In this document: positions 18,599 to 28,199 of the stretch, piece by piece
Numbering within the stretch: the first letter of the stretch is position 1
How the letters are laid out: every line of letters begins with the position of its first letter
DNA from: Candidatus Cloacimonadales bacterium
GTDB lineage: Bacteria; Cloacimonadota; Cloacimonadia; Cloacimonadales; JAIOQZ01
DNA: 64,000 nucleotides
Direction of reading: 5' to 3'
Assembly: GCA_963662655.2 (NCBI GenBank)
Contig: CAXXTU010000002.1
Location: 1,248,001 to 1,312,000, forward strand
Made by a program: the position numbers and the translations under genes
The notes under the pieces: model-generated
The model's input: only the letters and a program-made list of their open reading frames with translations
Databases searched by the model: none
Told to the model about the DNA's origin: nothing

Positions 18599-20298
18599 TT
18601 ATATTAGACGAATCGGTAATTAGCGGATGCTCTTCCGATGCATCTGTTTTAAGTACCGATTTTTACTCAGGAGGCTTTGTCGGCAAAATTGATGGTCCAT
18701 CCATAATCACACGAAGCCACTGTTCAGGCAACGTCACAGGAAGAAAATACGTCGGGCGCTTCATCGGTATAAATGATATTAGAGAGACGTTTTCGCGCAA
18801 TGTAAACAACTCTTACTCCAGTTGTAATGTAAATGGCGATGGGCATTGCGGGGGATTTTCTGCAAGTCCGTGGAGAGGAAACTGCTGGAACTGCCGTTAC
18901 GATTATGAATCCGTCACGATCAATGGTGATCATTCGATAACGTATGGTGCAATCGGAACCGAGATTTTTGACGTATGGTTACAGAATGACCTTGTTGTTG
19001 ACATAAATAACTATTTCGAAATCGTTGATTCTTGTTGCCTGATCTACTCATTTGACGATCTACGCAACACCCTCCACTTTTGTGAAGAAGACAGTTGCCG
19101 ATTTCTCTTGATGAATGATTTGGACTTAGCGAACCATCCGAACTTCTTCATACCTGCATTTTGCGGTGAATTTGATGGAAACAGGCACACAATTTCCAAC
19201 CTATGCCTCGATATGCCGCATAGTTCTTCCGTAGGATTCTTCAGCAAGCTAGTGGATGCGAAAATCTGCAATCTCACACTAAACAACATCAATATTCATG
19301 GTGTAAATTATGTTGGAGGAATCGCCGGACTACTCGGCGGTAGCCAAATCATTTCCAATTGTCATGTGAATGGAGAGATTTCTGCATCCAGCTATTGTGG
19401 CGGCTGTTCAGGTAAATCGGGAAATGAGCTGTATTTATCGAAATGCAGTTTCAAAGGTTCAATCACAGGCGATGAATACCTTGGCGGTTTTGTGGGGATT
19501 TCTTATGCATCCGTTAACTGTTACATTTCGGAATGTTGCAGTAAAATGGATATCCGAGGTGATTCATATGTTGGAGGATTTGGTGGCTATATGCGAGATA
19601 ATACCCGTATCGAGAATTCTTATTTCCATGGTCCAGTAGAGGGTGATTCTTACTCGGGTAATCTTATCGGCTATGTATCAGATATAACAATGATCAATTG
19701 CTATTCAGCCAGCACCAGTCGTAATAGAATCTCGATGGGCTTATTCATGGAGAGCGACGACTGCTTCTTCAACACTGATCTCAATGGATTGTCATATGAC
19801 AACTACGCCATCGGAATCACATCCGAAGAGATGCGGGATATCGCAACATATACCGATCTCTCCCTCTTCAATCTTACCGAAGCGTGGGATTTCCCCGGAT
19901 ATCCGTACGACGATTTGGGCTTCATGGACATCTGGAGCATCGATCCCTCGATCAACGACGGATTCCCGTACCTGAGTTGGGAGACATTCCTGCCCGTCGA
20001 GGATTCCCCGGAAGAAACCCCTCTTCCCATTTCCGCGCTGCAAGGCATCTACCCCAATCCATTCAACCCGGAAACGACGATTCGCTTCAGCGTCGCGCAG
20101 GAAAGCGCCGGCACGATCGAAATCTTCAACATCCGCGGTCAGCGCGTGCAGCAGTTTAAGGATTTCACGGCGGGAGAGCACGAAGTCGTATGGAACGGCA
20201 CGGATTCCGTTGGGAAATCGGTCGGAAGCGGGATATACTTTTGTCGCATGACGGCAGGCGACCGCTCCGCCACGCAAAAAATGTTGCTTCTGAAATAG
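18599..20298 (+). pseudogene. 5'-truncated secreted GLUG-motif protein with C-terminal sorting domain
   Basis: Repeated VGG..G motifs, F.G.FDGN.HTISNL, ends NPFNPET...KMLLLK. The ORF starts at the IS end with no signal peptide; the track start at 18586 lies inside the IR. Confidence 0.75.
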
Positions 20299-20311
20299 AC
20301 ATACCGCTGAA

Positions 20312-20437
20312 GGTGTGAGCAGGTTTGCTCGATCTCCCGCGAAGGCGTGGTGTTACACACCTCATTTTGTTGTTCGATAGTTTACCTGGTGTGTTATATC
20401 CACGTCGTAGCGGAAGATCGGGCAAAAGTGCCACACC
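20312..20437 (+). repeat. Rod-shaped hairpin repeat, copy A
   Basis: 126-nt imperfect hairpin 13 nt after a stop codon; alignable to the reverse complement of 26210-26336. Confidence 0.88.
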
Positions 20438-20512
20438 GTAAAATTATTGCTGCAACACGATGCCAAACTCCTCCCTATCCACCCACAATAACCATGAATT
20501 CGGACTTTTTCA

Positions 20513-20543
20513 TTGACATCGGGTTAATCCGCCTGGATATAAT
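20513..20543 (+). promoter_or_regulatory. Sigma70-type promoter candidate for the permease gene
   Basis: TTGACA-19 bp-TATAAT (long spacer). Confidence 0.45.
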
Positions 20544-20593
20544 GCCTTTCGAGCATCGGAAAAACTCGATCAATACAGCATGAAGAGAGTGGA

Positions 20594-22303
20594 ATGAGCG
20601 AACACAAAACATTATTATACGGCGTGGATGATAAACCGCCCGTCGCGACATCCATCGCGCTGGGATTCCAGTATGTCCTCCTAAACATCAGTGGTATGAT
20701 GCTGACCCCCATCATCATAGGAAACGCATGCGGACTGAGTATCGAGCAAATCGAGTACTTCATCTTCGCGTCCATACTCGTTTCAGCACTTACCACCGTC
20801 ATCCAGGTGCGGAGAGTTGGGAAGATCGGATCGGGCTACATGATGATCCTCGGCCCCAGCGGTGCGTTCATTGCGTGTAGCATATCGGCGATTCAAGTGG
20901 GCGGCCTGCCCCTTCTGGGCACCATGACAATTCTCTCGGCTCCGCTCGAGACAATCGTTGCTTACCTCATTCGCTACGTCCGCAAGATATTCACTCCCGC
21001 GTTGGGCGGAACCGTCATCATGCTGGTGGCGATGCTTCTCATCCCCCTTTCTTTCAGCATGTGGAGCGGCGAATCCGGCGACAGCCTGTTCTGCTCCCCC
21101 GCCTATTTCTTCTCCGGCCTAACGCCGGTCCTCATCATCTTCGGATCCTATCTCAGCGACCGCAAATGGGTCAGGCTATGGAGCGCAATTTTCGGCGTCG
21201 CAGCCGGTATTCTGGTCGCATACTTCTTCGGCATAACAGATTTCTCGCAGCTCGGCCAATACTCCTACTTCGCGCTACCGCGTTCCGGTTTCCCGGGACT
21301 CGAGTTCCACCTGAGCTGGCGACACTTCCCGCTGTTCATCACATTTCTCATGGCCACCCTCACCAGCACAATTGAAACGTTTGGCGATACCGTAGCCTTG
21401 CAGACCGTATCCGAGCGCAATTTCAGCAAAATCAACTACGATCGTATCCAGGGCGGAATGTACGTCGATACGGTCGGAAGCATTCTCGGAGGCGCAGCCG
21501 GCGTAACCGCCAACACAACCTACAGTACCATCATGCCCGTCATCCAGCTTACGCGCGTCTCGGCGAGGGTTATCGGCTACTACGCGGCCGCGATCATGAC
21601 CGTCATCGCATTCCTGCCGAAGTTCGCCTACTTCTTCCTCTCTATTCCCAGTCCGGTCATGGGAGGCATGAGTGTCGCGCTGACTGCCATCCTTTTCAGC
21701 GAGGGCTTCAAAGTGGCAGCCTCCGCTGAGCTCAGCACCGAAAACGGTATCGTGATCGGCGCAGGCATGACGATGGGACTTCTGGCAAGCCTGGGGATTT
21801 TCTTTCCGAATCTTTTCCCCGAGCAATTCCGGTTCCTCGCCTCCGACGTCATTACGATGGGAGGACTGACAGCTCTCATCCTCAACATCATCTTCGTCTA
21901 CAAGATCAGAAAGACCGAGTCCGTCACACTTGCCGCGGACCTGGCGAAGCTCCCCGACCTTAAAGACAAGATCGATAGCTTTCAGGATCGGATGCGTGTC
22001 TCGGAGAAACAGAAGTTCGCCCTGCAACTCGCATGCGAGGAGGTCTTTGCCTTCTTCTGTCAGCAAAACCCCGACCGCTCCGACATCCATTTCCGCTGGA
22101 AGCATTTCCCGGATTACATCCTTACCGAAATCGCCACGACGGGAACGATGCAGCAGATTGACGACATCCCGGATCGAGACCGGCTAACGAAGCTTTCCGA
22201 GGAAGAGATGAACAAGCTCGGCCTGCTGCTGCTCTCTAAGATATCCAGTCATATTGAGCATATTCAGATTACCGGAAAACACTATATCCAGTTCAGGATA
22301 TAG
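20594..22303 (+). CDS. NCS2/NAT (xanthine/uracil permease-like) transporter fused to a C-terminal degenerate HATPase_c (RsbW-like) domain
   Basis: LYGVDDKPP start, LGFQ, IETFGD, PK...F.SIPSPVMGG and ~13 hydrophobic segments; ~130-aa soluble tail with LQLACEE and LGLLLL. Confidence 0.85.
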   Translation: MSEHKTLLYGVDDKPPVATSIALGFQYVLLNISGMMLTPIIIGNACGLSIEQIEYFIFASILVSALTTVIQVRRVGKIGSGYMMILGPSGAFIACSISAIQVGGLPLLGTMTILSAPLETIVAYLIRYVRKIFTPALGGTVIMLVAMLLIPLSFSMWSGESGDSLFCSPAYFFSGLTPVLIIFGSYLSDRKWVRLWSAIFGVAAGILVAYFFGITDFSQLGQYSYFALPRSGFPGLEFHLSWRHFPLFITFLMATLTSTIETFGDTVALQTVSERNFSKINYDRIQGGMYVDTVGSILGGAAGVTANTTYSTIMPVIQLTRVSARVIGYYAAAIMTVIAFLPKFAYFFLSIPSPVMGGMSVALTAILFSEGFKVAASAELSTENGIVIGAGMTMGLLASLGIFFPNLFPEQFRFLASDVITMGGLTALILNIIFVYKIRKTESVTLAADLAKLPDLKDKIDSFQDRMRVSEKQKFALQLACEEVFAFFCQQNPDRSDIHFRWKHFPDYILTEIATTGTMQQIDDIPDRDRLTKLSEEEMNKLGLLLLSKISSHIEHIQITGKHYIQFRI

Positions 22304-22397
22304 ACATGGCACAGTAGCAATCGATGAGAACGTCATGGTGGATTCTTATAGGAAAATTGTTTCTGACTTGATGTTTTTCTATTCAGCTGTTAATTCT

Positions 22398-23375
22398 CTA
22401 CTCGCAGTTCTCTGTCTTGAGAAGCGCTCCGGTTGGAGAATAGTACTCTCTCTTGATGCAACGGTCATCCTTGAGGTGCTCGACCACCTTGGTGCCGTCT
22501 TCCCTGAAAATCTCTTCCTTCGTCTTCTTTTTATCCGTGTTGTAATGGCGGATGAAGGAAAGCTTCCCCTTTCTGTCGTATATCTCAGCGCGCGTCATCG
22601 AGCCATCTCGATCGAAATAGCTGACCTTGTCGGGATTCCCTTTGCGATCGAATACCTCTTTCCGGGTAAGCCTGTCCTTTTCGAAATGTTCAACCGTTTT
22701 CCTGCCGTTGCGCGAGTAATACTCCGCCTGAATCAGCCTCCCCCTCGCATCGAACACCGATACGCGATGAAGCGAGCCGTCCGGACTGAGGTACTCCCTA
22801 CGATTCTCCTTCTCATCCTCATTGAAGAACACTCGCTCCGTTTTAACGCTGTCCTCGCTGAACAACTCGACCATCTTGACCGATTTATCGGGTCGATAGT
22901 GCTCGATTTGCATGGGGGAATCGGCGGGGAAACGCTCTACTTTGGAGATCACACTGTCCTCGTCGAAAAAAGTGATTGATTCGACGACATCCGGTGCCTG
23001 ATACCAGACAATCCGCGTCACTTTGCCATTACGGTAATATTCTGAGGAATAAACCTCTCTGCTTGGATTCTCCCACTCTTTGCGCTGTATTGCGCCTGAT
23101 TCATCGTTATAGATCCGATAAAGGTTCCCATCGACGAGCATGCCGTCGACCTGACGCAAGACATTGTCGGAATCGAAGTATTCCTGCTTGAAGCGGAGGT
23201 TTTCCTCGTTCGTATAGCGGATGCCCGTCTGATAGGTTGTTTGCAACGTTTTCCCGCCGTACTTGTTCTTTTGCTCGATCGTCTCCGTCGACAGACCATT
23301 CAAAGCGACGGACAGCAACATGCAGAACACGAACAGCAGCACAATCGTAAGCCGTTTCTTTTGGGACTCGTACAT
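22398..23375 (-). CDS. Exported MORN-variant/YwqK-like repeat protein
   Basis: GGAGG SD before MYESQ at 23375, N-terminal hydrophobic helix, repeated E.Y/F..DG.L...E.YD..G units. Confidence 0.65.
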   Translation of the reverse strand: MYESQKKRLTIVLLFVFCMLLSVALNGLSTETIEQKNKYGGKTLQTTYQTGIRYTNEENLRFKQEYFDSDNVLRQVDGMLVDGNLYRIYNDESGAIQRKEWENPSREVYSSEYYRNGKVTRIVWYQAPDVVESITFFDEDSVISKVERFPADSPMQIEHYRPDKSVKMVELFSEDSVKTERVFFNEDEKENRREYLSPDGSLHRVSVFDARGRLIQAEYYSRNGRKTVEHFEKDRLTRKEVFDRKGNPDKVSYFDRDGSMTRAEIYDRKGKLSFIRHYNTDKKKTKEEIFREDGTKVVEHLKDDRCIKREYYSPTGALLKTENCE

Positions 23376-23475
23376 ACGTTCAACCTCCAGAAGATCATCC
23401 GCGTCAATCGGACACTGTATCCAATTCGTTGCCAAGATGTAATTTTTGTCAACGATAACATATTGTTGGCTTACC

Positions 23476-23622
23476 CCCAATTTTCTGTGTAATCTTGATT
23501 CGATGAATATTGGTCGATGTTATCCACAGTTTCTTTCGACTCTATGGGTGATCCAGGTTATCACTTCTCGAAACCTACAGCCAGGAAGTCACACCGTGGA
23601 TAACTGCATCCATTCCAGACGG
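23476..23622 (-). repeat. DnaA-box-bearing repeat element, copy 2
   Basis: Inverted copy of 4561-4708; TTATCCACA at 23520-23528 and a one-mismatch box CGTGGATAA at 23595-23603. Confidence 0.9.
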
Positions 23623-23914
23623 TTGCAATATATTTGTGTCATTATTGGATTCCAGGATTTTCGTTACTCTAAACCAACAACTGAGCGGAGTCGAAGACAA
23701 AGATCATCATCTACCTTGTGTTTGTCCGCGATCGATAACTCATGAGCCACCGACACATTTTTAACAACTCTGCGCGGTGCCTGAAAAAAAATATTTCTCC
23801 GAGCAACAAAAGATACTTGACAACCCCGATAAATTAGCAATAATAAAGTATGGAATGGAATATGCATTCATAGAATTAACAACTTGTTCCGGGCAACAAA
23901 CGCGAGGAGGAAAT

Positions 23915-26011
23915 ATGCGTTACTTCATTTTAGTATGCACCGTAATGCTTCTTATGTGGGGACATCTATTTGCGAACGGTGTTGCTGTTGTCGACGGCCC
24001 GACCGGCACAGTTTTTCAATTGGTCGACAGCCACGTCGTCGTGGAAGTGGACAACCAGATCGCTATCGTTACCACGACTCAGAGGTTCTTCAACAATCTG
24101 GGATACTCGAGCTTTCCCAAGTACCTCTTCCCGCTCCCGGAGGGAGCCAGCGCGACGCAACTCCGCTGGTTTTACGAAGACGAATGGCATGAGGCGATCA
24201 TCTCTCCGGTCGTGCAGGACTCCACGCCACCGGGCCCCGGCACGGAGTGGTCGGCGAATCTAGCGGAGTACATGGGAGAGACACCGCTCTTCTACAACAT
24301 GAATGAAACCGGGGTGATTCTCGGCACCTACATCACGATCGAACTCACGTATGTAATGCTTCTCCCCTATGAGTTTGGGACGGTGACATTCAAGTATCCC
24401 AACGACTACACGCTTGTTCAGTACTCTCCGGTCGAGGTGCAGGAACTTTCTTTCACACTGAATTCACTGAGGCAAATCGACAGCATCGAGATGACGAGCC
24501 ACAATGCCGATACTTTAACAAACGACGGCTACGTTGCGACTGTCGGGGTGACCTTGAATGACCAGATTCCCAACATGGACTACGTGATCGAGTACGGGCT
24601 CAGTCAGGACGAGCTGGGGCTCTTCGGCTTCAGCACCATGCTCGATTCCGTTCCAGATACTTACGGGAACGGATTCTTCACCTTCATCGCTGAGCCGGAT
24701 CCAAGCGACAACGTGGTAATCGACAAGGTATTCACGCTCATCATCGATCGCTCGGGTAGCATGAGCGGTCAGAAGATCATTCAGGCCCGTAGCGCGGCGA
24801 CCTACATCGTCAACCACCTCAATGAGGGCGATATGTTCAACATCGTTTCGTTCTCGTCGAATATCACATCTTTCCGGGACGAGCATGTCGAGTTCACGCC
24901 TGATAACCAGAGCGACGCGATCGAGTATATCAATTCGCTGTCCGCCACAGGCAGTACGAACATCTCCGGGGCTTTCGGCGAGGCCGTTCCCCAGTTCGAT
25001 GTCGCGACGGACGACACCGCCAATATCATCATCTTCTTCACCGATGGCGAAGCAACAACGGGTATCACAGAGACGCAAGCGCTCGTGAATTACGTCAGCG
25101 ATCTGGTCGATCAGACGGAAACGAACATCAGTATATTCAACTTCGGCATCGGCCCGCACGTAAACGAGCAGCTTCTTACACTGCTTGCACAGGATAACAA
25201 CGGCCTGGCACAGTTCCTTGCGGATAACGACCTGGAAGAGATGATCACCGCCTTTTACATGATGATCAGGAATCCGGTCATGATCAATCCTGAAATCACC
25301 TATACACCGGAGTCCGTAATTGAAGAGGCGTTCCCAAACCCGGTTCCCAACCTGTATCAGGGAAGGCAACTCATCGTCAGTGGACGCTACACTCAACCCA
25401 CGACAATCGGGATATCCTTCAGCGGAACGGCTTTCAACCAATATGTGACCTATAATTACGAGCTCGAACTAGTCGATCATGCCGATCCCGAACGCCAGTT
25501 TCTTCCGAAGATTTGGGCCAAGCAGAAGATCGAGCATCTGATGGTCCAGTACTACTCTTACGGCGAAGGTTCGGACGAAGCGGAGGAGATCAAGCAAGAG
25601 ATCATCGCGATCAGCATCGCGTACGGTGTTATCAGCGATTTCACCAGCTTCCAGGGTGAGGTCTCAATCGATGACGGCGGCGAAGGAGAAGGAGATGATG
25701 TCGATACTGGAACGGATATCTCGGCTGCGCCGTACCAACTCCTGGGCAATTATCCCAATCCTTTCAATCCAAGCACCGCGATCCGGTTCCAGATCAACCG
25801 GAAAATGGACGAGATAGTCAAGATCAGGATATACAACATCAAGGGGCAGATCGTAAAAGTGCTGGCTCTACACGTGAATGGACCTGGTGTATACGAGATC
25901 GAATGGAATGGCCGCGACATGCAAAACAAGCCTGTCGCATCGGGAACATACTTTTACGCGATCGATTTCGGAGACGGCGTACTCACATCGAAGATGCTTC
26001 TTCTAAAATGA
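23915..26011 (+). CDS. Secreted VIT + von Willebrand A domain protein with C-terminal sorting domain
   Basis: GAGGAGG SD before MRYFIL; signal peptide; YLFPLPEGA (VIT); MIDAS DRSGSM, TNI, FFTDG; ends NPFNPST...KMLLLK. Confidence 0.9.
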   Translation: MRYFILVCTVMLLMWGHLFANGVAVVDGPTGTVFQLVDSHVVVEVDNQIAIVTTTQRFFNNLGYSSFPKYLFPLPEGASATQLRWFYEDEWHEAIISPVVQDSTPPGPGTEWSANLAEYMGETPLFYNMNETGVILGTYITIELTYVMLLPYEFGTVTFKYPNDYTLVQYSPVEVQELSFTLNSLRQIDSIEMTSHNADTLTNDGYVATVGVTLNDQIPNMDYVIEYGLSQDELGLFGFSTMLDSVPDTYGNGFFTFIAEPDPSDNVVIDKVFTLIIDRSGSMSGQKIIQARSAATYIVNHLNEGDMFNIVSFSSNITSFRDEHVEFTPDNQSDAIEYINSLSATGSTNISGAFGEAVPQFDVATDDTANIIIFFTDGEATTGITETQALVNYVSDLVDQTETNISIFNFGIGPHVNEQLLTLLAQDNNGLAQFLADNDLEEMITAFYMMIRNPVMINPEITYTPESVIEEAFPNPVPNLYQGRQLIVSGRYTQPTTIGISFSGTAFNQYVTYNYELELVDHADPERQFLPKIWAKQKIEHLMVQYYSYGEGSDEAEEIKQEIIAISIAYGVISDFTSFQGEVSIDDGGEGEGDDVDTGTDISAAPYQLLGNYPNPFNPSTAIRFQINRKMDEIVKIRIYNIKGQIVKVLALHVNGPGVYEIEWNGRDMQNKPVASGTYFYAIDFGDGVLTSKMLLLK

Positions 26012-26054
26012 TTTCGGCTTCAGCAAAGCTGAAACGGTATTGATGAAGTAGAAT

Positions 26055-26091
26055 AAAAAAACCGGTAGTCGCATGGCTGCCGGTTTTTTTT
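26055..26091. terminator. Bidirectional intrinsic terminator
   Basis: A7-CCGGTAGTC-gcat-GGCTGCCGG-T8. Confidence 0.85.
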
Positions 26092-26134
26092 ACAGCGAGG
26101 CAGATTCCTGCTCTTAGGAAAGCGTGGATGGAAG

Positions 26135-26188
26135 GGAAGCAGTGGCGTTATACTTCAAGGATCGTGCCAATGTGGCCCGTGCTGCCAA
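26135..26188 (+). repeat. Degenerate half copy (3' arm) of the hairpin repeat, copy D
   Basis: gtggcgttatacttcaaggatcgtgccaatgtggcccg aligns without gaps to gtggtgttatacgccgaggatcgggccaatgtgacccg (30839-30876). Confidence 0.75.
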
Positions 26189-26209
26189 TTGAGAAATAAG
26201 TGTTCTACC

Positions 26210-26336
26210 GGCATGGCATCTTCGCCCGATCTCCCGCTCCGGCGTATATATACCACACCTTTATAACTATCGAACCGAGACAATAAGGTGTGGAACAATA
26301 CGCCTGCGCGGCAGATCGGACGAACCTGCTCCTGCC
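26210..26336 (-). repeat. Rod-shaped hairpin repeat, copy B
   Basis: 127-nt hairpin starting 6 nt after the crcB stop codon; homologous to copy A with compensatory substitutions. Confidence 0.88.
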
Positions 26337-26342
26337 TCGTGC

Positions 26343-26720
26343 TTACACGTATCTTCCGACCATCACGCCGGTTAAGATTGCCGCCAGTCCCAATCCGTTC
26401 TGCAGAACAATATTGGCCGCCGCGTGCATCCATGCTGAGGATCGTACCAGTTCGCTGGTATCGACCATCACCGCCGAGAACGTGGTGAAAGCTCCCATGA
26501 ATCCGATGAACACGATCATCCTGACATCTGCCGAGAGGTGCATTCGATTCTCGAAGAAAGCCAGCAGCACACCGGCAACAAAGCTTCCGAGCATGTTCAC
26601 GAAGAAAGTCCCGCCGAACACCGCATGACTCGACAGTTTACCGATCCAAACCGCAAGACCGTATCGGGCAAGCGTCCCCAAGCCACCTGCAATCGCGAGG
26701 AATATCAAATTCTTTATCAT
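26343..26720 (-). CDS. crcB: Fluoride channel Fluc/CrcB
   Basis: GGLG..ARY, GTFFVNMLGSF, GFMGAFTTFS; 125 aa with four TM segments. Confidence 0.95.
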   Translation of the reverse strand: MIKNLIFLAIAGGLGTLARYGLAVWIGKLSSHAVFGGTFFVNMLGSFVAGVLLAFFENRMHLSADVRMIVFIGFMGAFTTFSAVMVDTSELVRSSAWMHAAANIVLQNGLGLAAILTGVMVGRYV

Positions 26721-26857
26721 CTATCGTTCTCCATGATTTTATTCATACGCGAACCAATCCTTTTAAAGTTCGCGAGAGACGTCAAGTACGATCGTTGACC
26801 TACGCACAAGGAGACGAAGGAAAAGGGAAGCCGCCATGCATTCCAGCGCAAATTACA

Positions 26858-26886
26858 TTGACACAATCAATTCCAAATACCATAAT
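26858..26886 (+). promoter_or_regulatory. Sigma70-type promoter
   Basis: TTGACA-17 bp-CATAAT upstream of the AAGGAG SD and ATG at 26928. Confidence 0.7.
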
Positions 26887-26927
26887 GGATTATAATGTTA
26901 TTATTATTCGTAATCAAAGGAGATAAA

Positions 26928-28199
26928 ATGAAATACCTATACTTTTCTCTTCTTTTCCTGTTGATAGTCGTCGTTCTTCCTGCCGAGACCCTGATCAACA
27001 GCAATATTACGGCCGACGAAACATGGACGCTTTCGGGATCTCCCTATGTCATACAGGCCAACATCTTAATCTACGGTACGCTGACCATCGAAGCGGGTGT
27101 CGAAGTCAAAATCGACCCGGGTAAATACATTATCGTTGGGCATGGAACGACCAGCGTATACGCCGGAGCGATTTCCTCAATGGGCACCGTTTCACAACCG
27201 GTTGTCTTCACTTCATCGCAGGCAGAACCCGCACCCGGTGATTGGGACTACATCCAGTTCCGCAGATACCTCGTCGCGGAGAACTGCGTTCTCAACCATA
27301 CCCATTTCGAGTATGGCGGCAACGGCACCAACTCAATGGTTCGCGTCGGCGATTGCAGCCCGGTGTTCAACACATGCAAGTTCTCTCATGCCAACAACAT
27401 TGGATTGGATAACGAGAGCGATCTGGAGAGTTCACAATTCAACAATTGCACATTCGAATATTGCGGCTCAAATCCTGTTCGCATGCCCGTCAATTACGTC
27501 AATCGGATCGACGAAAGCAATGTTTTCGAGAACAATGCCATCCAGATGGTCCAAGTGTGGGACGACATGATCAATACGGAGCAAGCCTGGGTAAATGTTG
27601 GGATTCCGTTTCATATTAGCGAAAACCTCAGGATCTATTATACAGACTCGCCGATGACAATCGCTTCAGGGTGCGAGCTTGTCTTCGCGTCGAACAAGTA
27701 TATGAAGGTCGGGCACTCCACTTCTTCGGGCTATTGCGGCGGACTCATAGCGAACGGCGCTACGTTCCGTGGCGAGACTGGAACCCCCGGCGAGTGGTAC
27801 GGTGTCACAATCGAGTATTACAATTGTGGCGCGTCCTTCACAAACTGTACGTTCCGAGATGGCGGATACACATGGAATACCACATTCAGGCTGGCAAATA
27901 CGACCGCAACACTGGAGCAGTGCGTCGTTGCCAACTCGTCGGGATACGGAGTTCAATGTTCGGAGAATGCGACGTTGTTGATGAACAACACCGAAATTTA
28001 CAATTGCCAAGGCCCGATCAGTATGTACCCGAACAATCTTACGGGACTCGGAACGGGAAACTCGTATCATGACAACGCGGATAACCGGATCCAACTACCA
28101 GGAGATACTATCGACAAGGATGTAACGTGGAGAAATCAGGGATTCCCTTCAAAGTCGATGGGAATATTTTCATCCGTGGCACACAAATCCCTTCGGTGA
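26928..28199 (+). CDS. N-terminal part of a secreted right-handed beta-helix repeat protein; frameshifts at ~28142
   Basis: Signal peptide, TWTLSGSPY...LTIEAGVEV, PGDW..I.F. The sequence CAG GGA TTC lacks one base compared with the later repeat NQGIPF (cagggaattccc). Confidence 0.8.
   Translation: MKYLYFSLLFLLIVVVLPAETLINSNITADETWTLSGSPYVIQANILIYGTLTIEAGVEVKIDPGKYIIVGHGTTSVYAGAISSMGTVSQPVVFTSSQAEPAPGDWDYIQFRRYLVAENCVLNHTHFEYGGNGTNSMVRVGDCSPVFNTCKFSHANNIGLDNESDLESSQFNNCTFEYCGSNPVRMPVNYVNRIDESNVFENNAIQMVQVWDDMINTEQAWVNVGIPFHISENLRIYYTDSPMTIASGCELVFASNKYMKVGHSTSSGYCGGLIANGATFRGETGTPGEWYGVTIEYYNCGASFTNCTFRDGGYTWNTTFRLANTTATLEQCVVANSSGYGVQCSENATLLMNNTEIYNCQGPISMYPNNLTGLGTGNSYHDNADNRIQLPGDTIDKDVTWRNQGFPSKSMGIFSSVAHKSLR

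Noticed and set aside
18599..20298. Diversity-generating retroelement target
   Set aside because: No reverse transcriptase and no adenine-specific TR/VR repeat pair in the window.
20312..20437. Canonical integron attC, 6S RNA, SRP RNA or purine riboswitch
   Set aside because: No RYYYAAC/GTTRRRY ends, multi-copy, no SRP GGAA-loop motif, and it lies upstream of the permease promoter rather than in its leader.
26721..26860. Fluoride riboswitch upstream of crcB
   Set aside because: No GGNGATGG...TGATG.C.C pattern found on the minus strand.
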